Source: Pseudomonadota bacterium
Lineage (GTDB): Bacteria > Bdellovibrionota_B > Oligoflexia > Oligoflexales > CAIYRB01
NCBI GenBank assembly: GCA_031416315.1
Contig: JANOTL010000188.1
Coordinates: forward strand, 16,107 to 80,106
Direction of reading: 5' to 3'
DNA length: 64,000 nucleotides
Shown here: positions 39,592 through 48,370 of the stretch, in pieces
How positions within the stretch are numbered: the stretch's first letter is position 1
Layout of the letters: each line of letters begins with the position of its first letter
Made by a program: the position numbers and the translations under genes
The notes under the pieces: generated by a model
What the model was told of the DNA's origin: nothing
Seen by the model: only the letters and a program-made list of their open reading frames with translations
The model's database searches: none

Positions 39592-40863
39592 TTAGTCAGG
39601 CGCAGCCCGACGCTCAAGGGCCAAGCCTTCGGCGCGCGTCGACCAGGCACCATTGCGAAATGATTTCAATAAGCGCTCGAGGGTCTCGCCGAGTGCCGGT
39701 CCTGGCGTCAATCCGAGCTCTCTCTTCAGGTCCTCGCCCGTGATCGGGAGCTTCGTGCGCCGAAGGAGCCCGTGCTCGGCTTCGAGGCGCGCGAGCGCGG
39801 CGATTCCAGCCGCGACTTTCGCTGCCGATGGCCCACCCTTCCATGGCGGCGACGCCGCCGCGGCCTTCCACGTCGGCAGGAAGAACGCGAGAAAGCTCCC
39901 CTCCCCGCCTGCGCTCTCCACCGCGTCGATGATCTCCATCGCCAGCGCACGCTCGGCAGGCACGCCTTCCAAGCATGCAAATCCGCAAAGCGCCTCGGTC
40001 AAGATCCGCGTCTCCAGGCGTGCCAGCTTCAGGCGGTCTCCCAGTCGCTGGGCGTCGAAGGTCCTGGCGGTGGACGCGAGCGCCAGGGTCGCCAGCATCG
40101 CAAGCCAGCGCTGGGGCCCTACGACCTCGGGGGATACGACCGGCGAGAACTCGAGCTCTGGCGCCACGGCGGTCGCGACGCCGGTGTCTACCATGGCTTT
40201 GAGGACCGGCTGCGGCTCTTTCACCGCGAGAATCTGCTTCAACTCGGCGGTCATGCGCTCCTGGCTGACCCGGCTCAAACCTTGCGAAGTCTTTTTGATC
40301 GCTTCGAGAGCAGCCGGATCGGGCGTGAAGCCGAGCCGCGCCCAAAATCGAAAGAAGCGCATGCTTCTGAGGTAGTCCTCGGCGATGCGCTGCTCAGCGT
40401 CGCCGACGAAGCGTAGGACGCGCGCGGCGATGTCGGCTTGACCGCCGAAGAAGTCGAGGACCTTGCCGTCCTTGTCCTCGAACATGGCGTTGATCGTGAA
40501 GTCTCGCCGACCAGCGTCCTCGGCGAAGCCCGCGTCGAAGCTCACCGACGCGTGGCGACCGTCTGTGGCGACATCGCGACGCAGCGTGGTCACCTCGACC
40601 GGCCCTGCCGGAAAAACCGCGGTGATCGTCCCGTGGTCGAGCCCCGTCGGCACGCACTTCACGCCGGCGGCGCGAAACGCCTCCATCGCTTTTTGCGGCG
40701 GCGCGGACGTGGCCACGTCGAAGTCTTTCGGCGCAACGCCCAAGAGACGATCGCGTACGCAGCCTCCGGCAAGGCGCGCCGCGTTGCCAGCCTCCTCGAG
40801 GATCGCGAGGGCCCGTAAGGCGTCCTTGTAGCGACGCTCGGCGGCGATATCGTCCTCTTTCAG
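39592..40863 (-). CDS. cca: CCA tRNA nucleotidyltransferase (class II), probable CTG start
   Basis: GGCVRDRLLG..KDFDVAT, EVTTLR, RRDFTINAM, EDYLR. Part of motif A lies upstream of the ORF-track start at 40743. Confidence 0.88.
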   Translation of the reverse strand: MKEDDIAAERRYKDALRALAILEEAGNAARLAGGCVRDRLLGVAPKDFDVATSAPPQKAMEAFRAAGVKCVPTGLDHGTITAVFPAGPVEVTTLRRDVATDGRHASVSFDAGFAEDAGRRDFTINAMFEDKDGKVLDFFGGQADIAARVLRFVGDAEQRIAEDYLRSMRFFRFWARLGFTPDPAALEAIKKTSQGLSRVSQERMTAELKQILAVKEPQPVLKAMVDTGVATAVAPELEFSPVVSPEVVGPQRWLAMLATLALASTARTFDAQRLGDRLKLARLETRILTEALCGFACLEGVPAERALAMEIIDAVESAGGEGSFLAFFLPTWKAAAASPPWKGGPSAAKVAAGIAALARLEAEHGLLRRTKLPITGEDLKRELGLTPGPALGETLERLLKSFRNGAWSTRAEGLALERRAAPD

Positions 40864-41921
40864 CGCAGCTCCTGCAGGTCGATGAGCTTGACCTTGACGC
40901 TCTCGGGCCTCTTCGCGCCGCGAACGTACGTCAGCTCGACAGCGTCGCCGGGCTTGTACTGGTCGAGTGCGCCATACAGATCATCGTAGTTCTTGATCTT
41001 CACGCCGTCGATGGACACGATGCGGTCGCCAAGCTCGATCTCGCCGTCCTTGAGCCGCGAGGTGCCGCGCAGACCCGCGAGACCGGCCGGCCCGTCGGGG
41101 GAGACCTGCATGAGGATAACGCCGGTGAGGCCGAGACGCGCCGTGACGCCGTCGTCGAACGTCGTGATGCCGAGCCCGGGCTGCTTCACCCGCCCGTACT
41201 TGATCAGCTGCGTGACGATCCGATGGATCGTATTGGCGGGCACGGCGAAGCCGATGCCGGCCGAGGAGCCGCTTTTCGAGAAGATCATCGTGTTCATGCC
41301 GATCAGATAGCCGCGGGAGTCCAAGAGCGGTCCCCCCGAGTTCCCCGGGTTGATCGACGCGTCCGTCTGCACCATGTCGCGGATGGTCACCCCGCCGATT
41401 CCTTGGATCGAGCGTCCTAGGGCCGAAATCGTGCCGCTCGTCAGAGTTTGGTCAAGTCCGAAGGGGCTCCCGATCGCGACCGCCTTTTGCCCGACGAGGA
41501 GCTCGGTCGAATTGGCGATGCTGACCGGCTCAAATGTGTAATCCGCAGGCACGTCGATCTTGAGAACGGCGATGTCCTTGCGCGGCTCCGCGCCGACGAG
41601 GCGCGCGGGGACGCTCTTGCCGCTTTTGAACGAGACCATGATCTTGTTCGCGTCCTGAATCACGTGGAAGTTCGTCACCACGTGGCCCTCCGCGCTCCAA
41701 AGGAACCCGGTGCCGGTGCCCGCCGGCACCTCGGTCACGTCCATCGAGAACAGGTACCGCTCCAAGCGCATGTTGGACACGTTGACCACGATCTGCGACG
41801 TCCGCTGGAATATCTGGATCGTATTCACTTCGTCCGGCAGCAGATGGCTCGGGATCGGAGGGGCCGCTGCCAGTTGAAATGCCGCGAGAATGATCAGGAC
41901 GAAACGCACACGCCACCACAT
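40860..41921 (-). CDS. HtrA/DegP-family serine protease with one PDZ domain
   Basis: GTGTGF, TNFHVI, DIAVLKI, QTDASINPGNSGGPL and a PDZ domain. Confidence 0.96.
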   Translation of the reverse strand: MWWRVRFVLIILAAFQLAAAPPIPSHLLPDEVNTIQIFQRTSQIVVNVSNMRLERYLFSMDVTEVPAGTGTGFLWSAEGHVVTNFHVIQDANKIMVSFKSGKSVPARLVGAEPRKDIAVLKIDVPADYTFEPVSIANSTELLVGQKAVAIGSPFGLDQTLTSGTISALGRSIQGIGGVTIRDMVQTDASINPGNSGGPLLDSRGYLIGMNTMIFSKSGSSAGIGFAVPANTIHRIVTQLIKYGRVKQPGLGITTFDDGVTARLGLTGVILMQVSPDGPAGLAGLRGTSRLKDGEIELGDRIVSIDGVKIKNYDDLYGALDQYKPGDAVELTYVRGAKRPESVKVKLIDLQELR

Positions 41922-42023
41922 CTGCTGTTGTTGTTTAAAACGACGCCAACACCTTACATTAATGTTGCTGTTGTGACAGTCAAAACCCCTGAAATTGCTG
42001 GATACGCCTGGTGTGCCGTTTTT

Positions 42024-42051
42024 CGTTCAAAATACAGATGATTGCTGAACG
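42024..42051. other. Candidate res site I / crossover site for the adjacent serine recombinase
   Basis: CGTTCA-N16-TGAACG, a 28-bp geometry like Tn3 res site I. The right half GATTGCTGAACG is repeated at 42108-42119. Confidence 0.6.
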
Positions 42052-42191
42052 TCGGGCGAGGGTCTGATTTGTCTTGTGATATTAGGTAGATAGACTATCA
42101 TTTGGGGGATTGCTGAACGGCGGGATCGTGTACCATGGAGGAATACGATCCACTGCTCAGGTAATGCACAGAAAAGCGAAGAGGCGAGCAA

Positions 42192-42809
42192 ATGGAGCGC
42201 GTCGGAGTCTACTACCGGGTCTCGACGGAAAAGCAGGATCTCGAGAGCCAGAAGAATACCGTCGAAAAATGGCTGGAAGAGCTCGCCGAGAGCAAGAAGC
42301 CGAAGCACGTCCACGTCTATAAAGACGAAGGCATCTCGGGAAAGACGACCAACCGGCCGGGCTTTCAACAGATGCTGCACGAAGCGTACGCAGGAAAGCT
42401 GGACACCATCATCGTGTATCGACTGGACCGGTTCTCCAGGAACGCCACGACGGCGATCAAGCTGATCCTGAACCTCGACGAGGCCGGGGTGGCTTTCATC
42501 TCCGTCACGCAGCCGGTGCTGAATCTCGGTCACGAGAACCCGTTCCGGCGCACAATGCTGGCCGCCTTCGCCGAAATTGCCGAGATCGAGCGCGAGACGA
42601 TCGTGGCGCGCGTGCGAGCGGGGTTAGACGCCGCGAAAAAGCGGGGAGTGAAGCTGGGCGCCCCGGTGAAGGTCACCGGCGAGCAGCAGGACCGGGCCCG
42701 CAGCCTCAAGGAGCAAGGGTGGTCCTATAAAGCGATCGCGCTCGAGTTGAATCTCAGCGTCGGCAGCGTCCATAAACTCGTCAAAGGCGACGCTCTGCCG
42801 CAGAAGTGA
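42192..42809 (+). CDS. Serine recombinase (resolvase/invertase family) with C-terminal HTH
   Basis: YYRVSTEKQ, DEGISG, RPGF, YRLDRFSR, AEIERE..RVRAG...G.KLG and an HTH. Confidence 0.95.
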   Translation: MERVGVYYRVSTEKQDLESQKNTVEKWLEELAESKKPKHVHVYKDEGISGKTTNRPGFQQMLHEAYAGKLDTIIVYRLDRFSRNATTAIKLILNLDEAGVAFISVTQPVLNLGHENPFRRTMLAAFAEIAEIERETIVARVRAGLDAAKKRGVKLGAPVKVTGEQQDRARSLKEQGWSYKAIALELNLSVGSVHKLVKGDALPQK

Positions 42810-42821
42810 ACATGAAGGCGC

Positions 42822-43916
42822 TCAGGGGTGCTGCCAGGAGCTACCGATCGTCAAATTGGTGACGACGACTTCGGGACGCTGCGTCTTGAGAGTGTCGAAG
42901 AACTCCTCGACGTCGGTGCCGGTACCGTAGGCCATGGGCTCGGACAACGGCTGGAAGAAGTCGTCGTGATGGAACGGGACGAGGCGCTTCGCCCCCGCCT
43001 CCTTCAGAATCGGGTCGACCAGCTCGAGCGTGCTTACGCGGGCCGCGATCCCCAGAAAGACGGTATCGACCGCGGTGCCGGCATACATGTTCGGAAGAGC
43101 GCAAGCGCTCGACTGGTGCATGAAACGCGCGCTCGGATGCTCGACGACGAGCGTGAAGTGGTCGCCGCCCTTATACTTGTGCGCGGCGGTCGGCTGCTCC
43201 AAGGGCGCTTCGATGTTGCCTGACCAGAGCTCAATGCCGGCGAACTGCGGCCCGTGGCAGCTGCCGATCCAGCGCAGCGAAAAGGCGCCGAGCACGAGCT
43301 TCTCGCCGGCTTTGACCTGCTGCATCTGGTCGGCCTTCAGTCCGGCGCCGAGGCCTACGAAGACCGTGCTGCCCGAGCCGATCAGCTTGCCGCCCAGCTG
43401 AGCGGCGAAGGCGGGGGCGTCGAGCGCATGGTCGAAGTGCGAGTGCGTCACGATCACCGAGGTGCCGCGCGGAGCGCCCGTTTTGGCCGCCCATTCCTGG
43501 ACGAGCTCCGGATTTGATTCGAGAGGAAGGCGCGCGAGCACGCGCGGCAGACCGTAGCGGCTTACGAACGGGTCGACGAAGAAGGAGGTCGCACCGTCGG
43601 TCACGTAAAGGCCGGCCGTACCGAGCCAAGTGATCTTGACGGCGCCGGCGCCGGCGCCAGGCGGTGGCGGAGGCGGAGGCGGTGGCGACGCAAGCTCGGA
43701 GCCGATACCAGGCGGGGCGGCGCCGGTCGTCGCCGTGCTGCCTTCGGCGATGGCCGGCTCAGGGTCGGTCGCGGAGCCGACCTCACTGCCGCCGCTCGGT
43801 CTTTCGCCGCTTCCGGCAGCCGCCGGCTTTTTCGGCGCGGCCGCTTTTTCCGCAGGTTTCGACTGACAGCCGATGCTGATCACGAACGCGCAACACGTTT
43901 TTAAAAGCTTCATCAT
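42822..43916 (-). CDS. MBL-fold metallo-hydrolase lipoprotein
   Basis: ITWLGTAG, THSHFDHALD, PFHHDDFF; lipobox-like SIGC followed by a Pro-rich linker. Confidence 0.9.
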   Translation of the reverse strand: MMKLLKTCCAFVISIGCQSKPAEKAAAPKKPAAAGSGERPSGGSEVGSATDPEPAIAEGSTATTGAAPPGIGSELASPPPPPPPPPGAGAGAVKITWLGTAGLYVTDGATSFFVDPFVSRYGLPRVLARLPLESNPELVQEWAAKTGAPRGTSVIVTHSHFDHALDAPAFAAQLGGKLIGSGSTVFVGLGAGLKADQMQQVKAGEKLVLGAFSLRWIGSCHGPQFAGIELWSGNIEAPLEQPTAAHKYKGGDHFTLVVEHPSARFMHQSSACALPNMYAGTAVDTVFLGIAARVSTLELVDPILKEAGAKRLVPFHHDDFFQPLSEPMAYGTGTDVEEFFDTLKTQRPEVVVTNLTIGSSWQHP

Positions 43917-43992
43917 TTTCGCAGTCTATTGCTTGCCGGCAATCGATGGCTAGGCGAAGATGGCCTCATTCCCCACCCTGGAGGCTCGCAGG

Positions 43993-44817
43993 ATGCGCAC
44001 TTGGCTCGCTGGCATCGCCGTTGCCGCATGGGCAAGCTCGTGCTCCAAGGAAGAGACGACGCCCTCTGTCCAGACGCCGGCGCCGCTTCCGTCTTTCAAC
44101 TTGAGCGCAGTGCTCCAAGGGACCTGCGTCGAAACCGTCGAGGTGTTTCACTTGCCGGCGCGGCGGGCGCTGACGTCATGCACGGAATACCGCGATCTGG
44201 AAGACGACGCACTCGCGGCCGTCACGGTCGGTTGCAAGGGCGGCTGGAGCGAAAGCGCTTGTGCCGCTGCCGAGGCCGCGTATCCCGATCAGCGCGCCTA
44301 CCTCGACGGCGTATGCGCCCGCTCCATCGGCGATATCGGGGTCAGTTACCAATTCGGCTATGTTCCACCGGACGGCGATTGCTTCGCCGGATCGGTCGTC
44401 TGTGACTTAGGCCGCTTCGAGCGGACCTGCCGTGAGACGCAGGGCGTCTTCGCAACCCCCGGGCCTACGGCGGGCGCTCCAGCACGGTACTCGGGCAGCT
44501 ACACGAGCGGCGACCTCGCGCTTGCGATCCGCAGTTGCAGCCAAATCGAAGGCGCGAGCTTTGCCGAGTGGCAGACCTTCCGCCGCCAGAAGCCCGGCTC
44601 CATCTGGATTCAATCGAAGGCGATATGGACGCCGGAGGCGTCGTGCGGGGAGGGCATCGGCTGCCGACTGCCCTTGGCCTCGGGCGGCGTGCAAACCGAC
44701 TACGTTTACGATACGGGCGTGATGACACAGACGCCGTACCCGCCAGATCCGGAAGAGATGCGACCGGGCTGCAAGGCTCGCGGCGGCTCCCTGGTCGGCG
44801 TGCCCACGCCGGAATGA
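43993..44817 (+). CDS. Cys-rich hypothetical lipoprotein
   Basis: SD GGAGG before ATG 43993, lipobox ASSC and many Cys residues. Confidence 0.7.
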   Translation: MRTWLAGIAVAAWASSCSKEETTPSVQTPAPLPSFNLSAVLQGTCVETVEVFHLPARRALTSCTEYRDLEDDALAAVTVGCKGGWSESACAAAEAAYPDQRAYLDGVCARSIGDIGVSYQFGYVPPDGDCFAGSVVCDLGRFERTCRETQGVFATPGPTAGAPARYSGSYTSGDLALAIRSCSQIEGASFAEWQTFRRQKPGSIWIQSKAIWTPEASCGEGIGCRLPLASGGVQTDYVYDTGVMTQTPYPPDPEEMRPGCKARGGSLVGVPTPE

Positions 44818-44852
44818 AAAGAACGACGCGGGCCGGAATCCGGGCCGCGTCG
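44817..44852 (-). terminator. Rho-independent terminator of the ferritin-like gene
   Basis: Stem CGACGCGG..CCGG/CCGG..CCGCGTCG followed on the minus strand by TTCTTTT. Confidence 0.7.
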
Positions 44853-44899
44853 CCAAAAGAGTTGTCGCACCTGGAAGAGGCACGAAGTGCGGAATTATC

Positions 44900-45610
44900 T
44901 CAGAACCCGTTCGGGGTCGAGGCCGGGATGACTTTGTCCGCGGTCGGGATGGTCTCCGTGTCGGACTCGATGACGAACAGCGCAGCACGTAAGGCCCCGT
45001 AATGAGCGGCTTCGTCACCTGCATGGAGGCCCGAGTACTCGGCCAAGGCCTTGCTCGTAAACTGCTTGATGACGCTGATGTACGCTTTGGCGGCAGCCGC
45101 TTCCTTCTGGGACGCGAGGCGGAGGACGCCCTTGACTGAGTCGAGCTTGGCGCCAGCTTTGACGGCGGCGTCGACGTAGGTGTCGTCGGAGCTGGCGGCG
45201 GCGGCCGCGGCGACCTTCGCATCCTTGGCCCGCAGATCGGTGAGGGCGCCGACGAGCGTGTCGCGGTGCGCCTTGTGATGGTCGAGAAAGCTTCCGGCGA
45301 TCGCGAGGACCGCTTCTTTTGTCGTCCAGATCGTGAGCTTGGAGGCCGCCGTATAAAGAGCGATCGCCTCGTGCTCCAGACCTAAAGCGATGTTGATGAG
45401 ATCGCCGTCGGCGACAGGGTTCTCGGCGGCCGTCGTCGGCTTCTCGTCGGCGCCGGCCTTATCGTCATCGCTCCCGCAGGCCCAGACCACGGAACTCGCC
45501 GCGGTGATCAAGCCGGCATTCTGGAGCCAGACCCGTCGGCTCAGGCGCTCGAACTCGGTCTCACGATGTTTCTCGATCATGTTGGCGAGTTTGGTGAGGA
45601 ACTTGGTCAA
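44900..45610 (-). CDS. Ferritin-like domain protein with Tat/lipoprotein-like signal
   Basis: SRRVWL twin-arginine motif, VWAC, and ferritin-like ligands LEHEAIALY, HHKAH, E.AAAKAY, DEAAH. Confidence 0.8.
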   Translation of the reverse strand: MTKFLTKLANMIEKHRETEFERLSRRVWLQNAGLITAASSVVWACGSDDDKAGADEKPTTAAENPVADGDLINIALGLEHEAIALYTAASKLTIWTTKEAVLAIAGSFLDHHKAHRDTLVGALTDLRAKDAKVAAAAAASSDDTYVDAAVKAGAKLDSVKGVLRLASQKEAAAAKAYISVIKQFTSKALAEYSGLHAGDEAAHYGALRAALFVIESDTETIPTADKVIPASTPNGF

Positions 45611-45647
45611 GTGAACCTCCGAGGGTGTTCAGCCCCGAAAGGATAGC

Positions 45648-46271
45648 ATGGGGCTCCTTTCGAGGTTGTTCCCGGCCGGTCGCCGCAGCTATAAGCGAAA
45701 CTCACTCGGAGCCGGAGAGCAGGTGATTTCCTTACCTTTCGTGTCCAATCCCAAGGCCGTCATGGCGACCTTGTACCTGCGCTACTTCGGCTTCCGGAAG
45801 ATCCCGTTGCTCTTCTTCGTCCGGCCTTCCGTGGTCAGCATGGAGCCGGACAAGATCGTGCTGAAGATTCCGCTGACGCGCCGCACGAAAAACCACCTCG
45901 GCAGCATGTACTTTGCGGTCCTCGCGGCCGGTGCGGATCTGGCCTGCGGCTTTCTGGCGATGCAGGCGATCCGCGAGCGCGGCGAGCCCGTGTCTCTGAT
46001 CTTCAAGAGTCTCAATGCCGACTTCTTGAAGCGTGCCGAGGGTCCCGTCTATTTTACGTGCAGCGAAGGGGTTCTGATCAGAGACCTCGTCGAGAAAGCG
46101 ATCGAGACGGGCGACCGCTGCGAGCTGCCTATCGAGGTCATCGCAACCGTGCCCTCCAAGCTCGGCGACGAGCCCGTCGCGCGCTTCACGTTGACCCTTT
46201 CCCTAAAGAAGAAATCGAAAAAAGATCAAACGGCTGCTGCCGAAGAGAACGAAGAGGTGCGCGTTTCATGA
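45648..46271 (+). CDS. Hotdog-fold thioesterase-like protein (DUF4442/YiiD_C type)
   Basis: IPLTRRTKNHLGSMYF, ADFLKRAEGPVYF. The true start may be GTG 45723 or 45741. Confidence 0.8.
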   Translation: MGLLSRLFPAGRRSYKRNSLGAGEQVISLPFVSNPKAVMATLYLRYFGFRKIPLLFFVRPSVVSMEPDKIVLKIPLTRRTKNHLGSMYFAVLAAGADLACGFLAMQAIRERGEPVSLIFKSLNADFLKRAEGPVYFTCSEGVLIRDLVEKAIETGDRCELPIEVIATVPSKLGDEPVARFTLTLSLKKKSKKDQTAAAEENEEVRVS

Positions 46272-47956
46272 GTGGCGATGCGAACAAGATCATTTATTCG
46301 ATGCACAAGGTGGCGAAGCTCCAACGCTCGACCGGCAAGACGGTCATCCGGGACATCTCGCTTTCGTACTTCTACGGCGCCAAGATCGGCGTGCTCGGCC
46401 TCAACGGCTCCGGTAAGTCCACGCTTCTGCGCATCATGGCGGGCGTCGACAAGGAATTCCAGGGCGAGGCCCACCTTTCGGAAGGTTACTCGGTCGGCTT
46501 CCTCCAACAGGAGCCGCAGCTCGACGACACGAAGACGGTCAAGGAGATCGTCCAAGAGGGCTGCCAAGAGATCGTCGACCTGATGAAAGAGTTCGAGGCG
46601 ATCAACCTGAAATTCGGCGAAGACCTCGATCCCGGCGAGATGGACAAGCTGATCACCCGCCAAGCCGAAGTCCAAGACCTCCTGGACCGGATGAACGCCT
46701 GGACCCTCGACGACCGCCTCAACTTCGCCATGGAGGCCCTCCGTTGCCCCCCGGCGGATCAGAACGTCAAAAATCTGTCCGGCGGCGAGCGCCGCCGCGT
46801 CGCGTTGTGCCGCCTGCTCCTGAAAGAGCCGGACATCCTCCTCCTGGACGAGCCGACGAACCACTTGGACGCCGAGTCCGTGCAATGGCTCGAGAAGCAC
46901 CTCCAGAACTACAAAGGCACCGTCATCGCGGTGACTCACGACCGGTACTTTCTCGACAACGTCGCGGGCTGGATCCTCGAGCTCGACCGTGGCCACGGGA
47001 TTCCGTGGAAGGGGAACTACTCCTCCTGGCTCGACCAGAAGTCGAAGCGCCTCGCGGCCGAAGAAAAGACCGAGGACAAGCGCCGCAAGACGCTCGAGCG
47101 CGAGCTCGAGTGGGTCCGCATGTCCCCGAAAGCGCGGCAGGCCAAAAGTAAGGCCCGCGTCTCTGCTTACGAGAAGCTCCTCAACGAGGAGACCGACGGG
47201 CGTGACGACGACCTTCGCCTGACGATTCCGGCGGGCCCGCGCTTAGGCGACGTCGTCGTGCGCATGGAAGGCGTCTCGAAAGCCTACGGCGACAAGCTCC
47301 TCTACGCCGACCTCAACTTCGACCTCCCGCCCGGCGGCATCGTCGGCGTCGTCGGGCCAAACGGCGCCGGCAAGACCACGCTGTTCAAGCTGATTACCGG
47401 TGAGGACCAGCCGAACGCCGGCAAGGTCACCATCGGCTCGACCGTGAAGCTCGGCTACATGGAGCAGTCCCGCCTGGCGCTCGACCCGAACAAATCGATC
47501 TACGAGACCGTCTCCGGCGGCAACGAGGTCATCAAGCTCGGCAATCGCGAGGTCAACGCCCGCGCCTACGTCGGCCAGTTCAATTTCTCTGGCCAAGACC
47601 AGCAGAAGAAGGTGAGTGAGATGTCGGGAGGCGAGCGCAACCGCTTGCAGATGGCGCTCCTCGTCAAGGAGGGGGCGAACCTCATCCTCCTCGACGAGCC
47701 GACCAACGACCTCGACGTGAACACGCTCCGCTCGCTGGAAGAAGCCTTGATCAATTTCGGCGGCTGCGCCGTCGTCGTGAGCCACGACCGGTGGTTCCTG
47801 GACCGCATCGCCACCCACATCTTGGCGTTCGAGGGCGAGTCCAAGGTCGTGCTCTTCGAGGGCAACTACTCGGACTATGAGAAGAACCGCAGAGAGCGCC
47901 TCGGCAAAGACGCCGAGACGCCGAAGCGCATCCGCTACGCGAAGATCTCGCGCTGA
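46268..47956 (+). CDS. ettA: Energy-dependent translational throttle protein EttA (ABC-F)
   Basis: GAKIGVLGLNGSGKST, LSGGERRR, two DEPTN motifs and linker ELEWVRMSPKARQAKSKAR. ATG 46268 overlaps the upstream TGA. Confidence 0.96.
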   Translation: MSGDANKIIYSMHKVAKLQRSTGKTVIRDISLSYFYGAKIGVLGLNGSGKSTLLRIMAGVDKEFQGEAHLSEGYSVGFLQQEPQLDDTKTVKEIVQEGCQEIVDLMKEFEAINLKFGEDLDPGEMDKLITRQAEVQDLLDRMNAWTLDDRLNFAMEALRCPPADQNVKNLSGGERRRVALCRLLLKEPDILLLDEPTNHLDAESVQWLEKHLQNYKGTVIAVTHDRYFLDNVAGWILELDRGHGIPWKGNYSSWLDQKSKRLAAEEKTEDKRRKTLERELEWVRMSPKARQAKSKARVSAYEKLLNEETDGRDDDLRLTIPAGPRLGDVVVRMEGVSKAYGDKLLYADLNFDLPPGGIVGVVGPNGAGKTTLFKLITGEDQPNAGKVTIGSTVKLGYMEQSRLALDPNKSIYETVSGGNEVIKLGNREVNARAYVGQFNFSGQDQQKKVSEMSGGERNRLQMALLVKEGANLILLDEPTNDLDVNTLRSLEEALINFGGCAVVVSHDRWFLDRIATHILAFEGESKVVLFEGNYSDYEKNRRERLGKDAETPKRIRYAKISR

Positions 47957-47971
47957 AAGTCCGTAGGTCGT

Positions 47972-48370
47972 CTAGCGCTCCGCGAAGGTGGCCTTCAGGC
48001 CATTCCATTGGTGGCGGCGGTAGACGACCTTCGACCCTCTCGGCACGGCGATGGCGACGGTCGCGGCGTCGGCCCAGCTGGTCTGCACTTCTTGCGTCGG
48101 CCCTTCGATCAAGAGCAGATTGTCCGACACCGAGGACTTGCCGCCTTCCTGTTCCAGGACGCGGACGAGCGTCGCGACGGGCTGCGAGGCGCCGCAGTTC
48201 TTCTGCGCGGTCTGCGCCGTGAACCGGGCGTCTGGCGAGGCACGCTCCTCGAGAATCGTCTCCTCGCAGCGGCCGCGCCATAGAAGCATGATCGCGAGCG
48301 CCGGAACCACGAGGAAGAGTAGGGAGCCGGTGGCCAGCGCCTTAACTGCGCGCGTTAGGCGAGAACTCAA
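47972..48370 (-). CDS. Hypothetical membrane-anchored protein
   Basis: N-terminal TM followed by CEE..SPD..NCGA; it fills the gap after topB. Confidence 0.6.
   Translation of the reverse strand: MSSRLTRAVKALATGSLLFLVVPALAIMLLWRGRCEETILEERASPDARFTAQTAQKNCGASQPVATLVRVLEQEGGKSSVSDNLLLIEGPTQEVQTSWADAATVAIAVPRGSKVVYRRHQWNGLKATFAER

Noticed and set aside
42192..42809. Resolvase as part of an intact transposon or prophage
   Set aside because: No transposase, phage genes, terminal inverted repeats or target duplications were visible.
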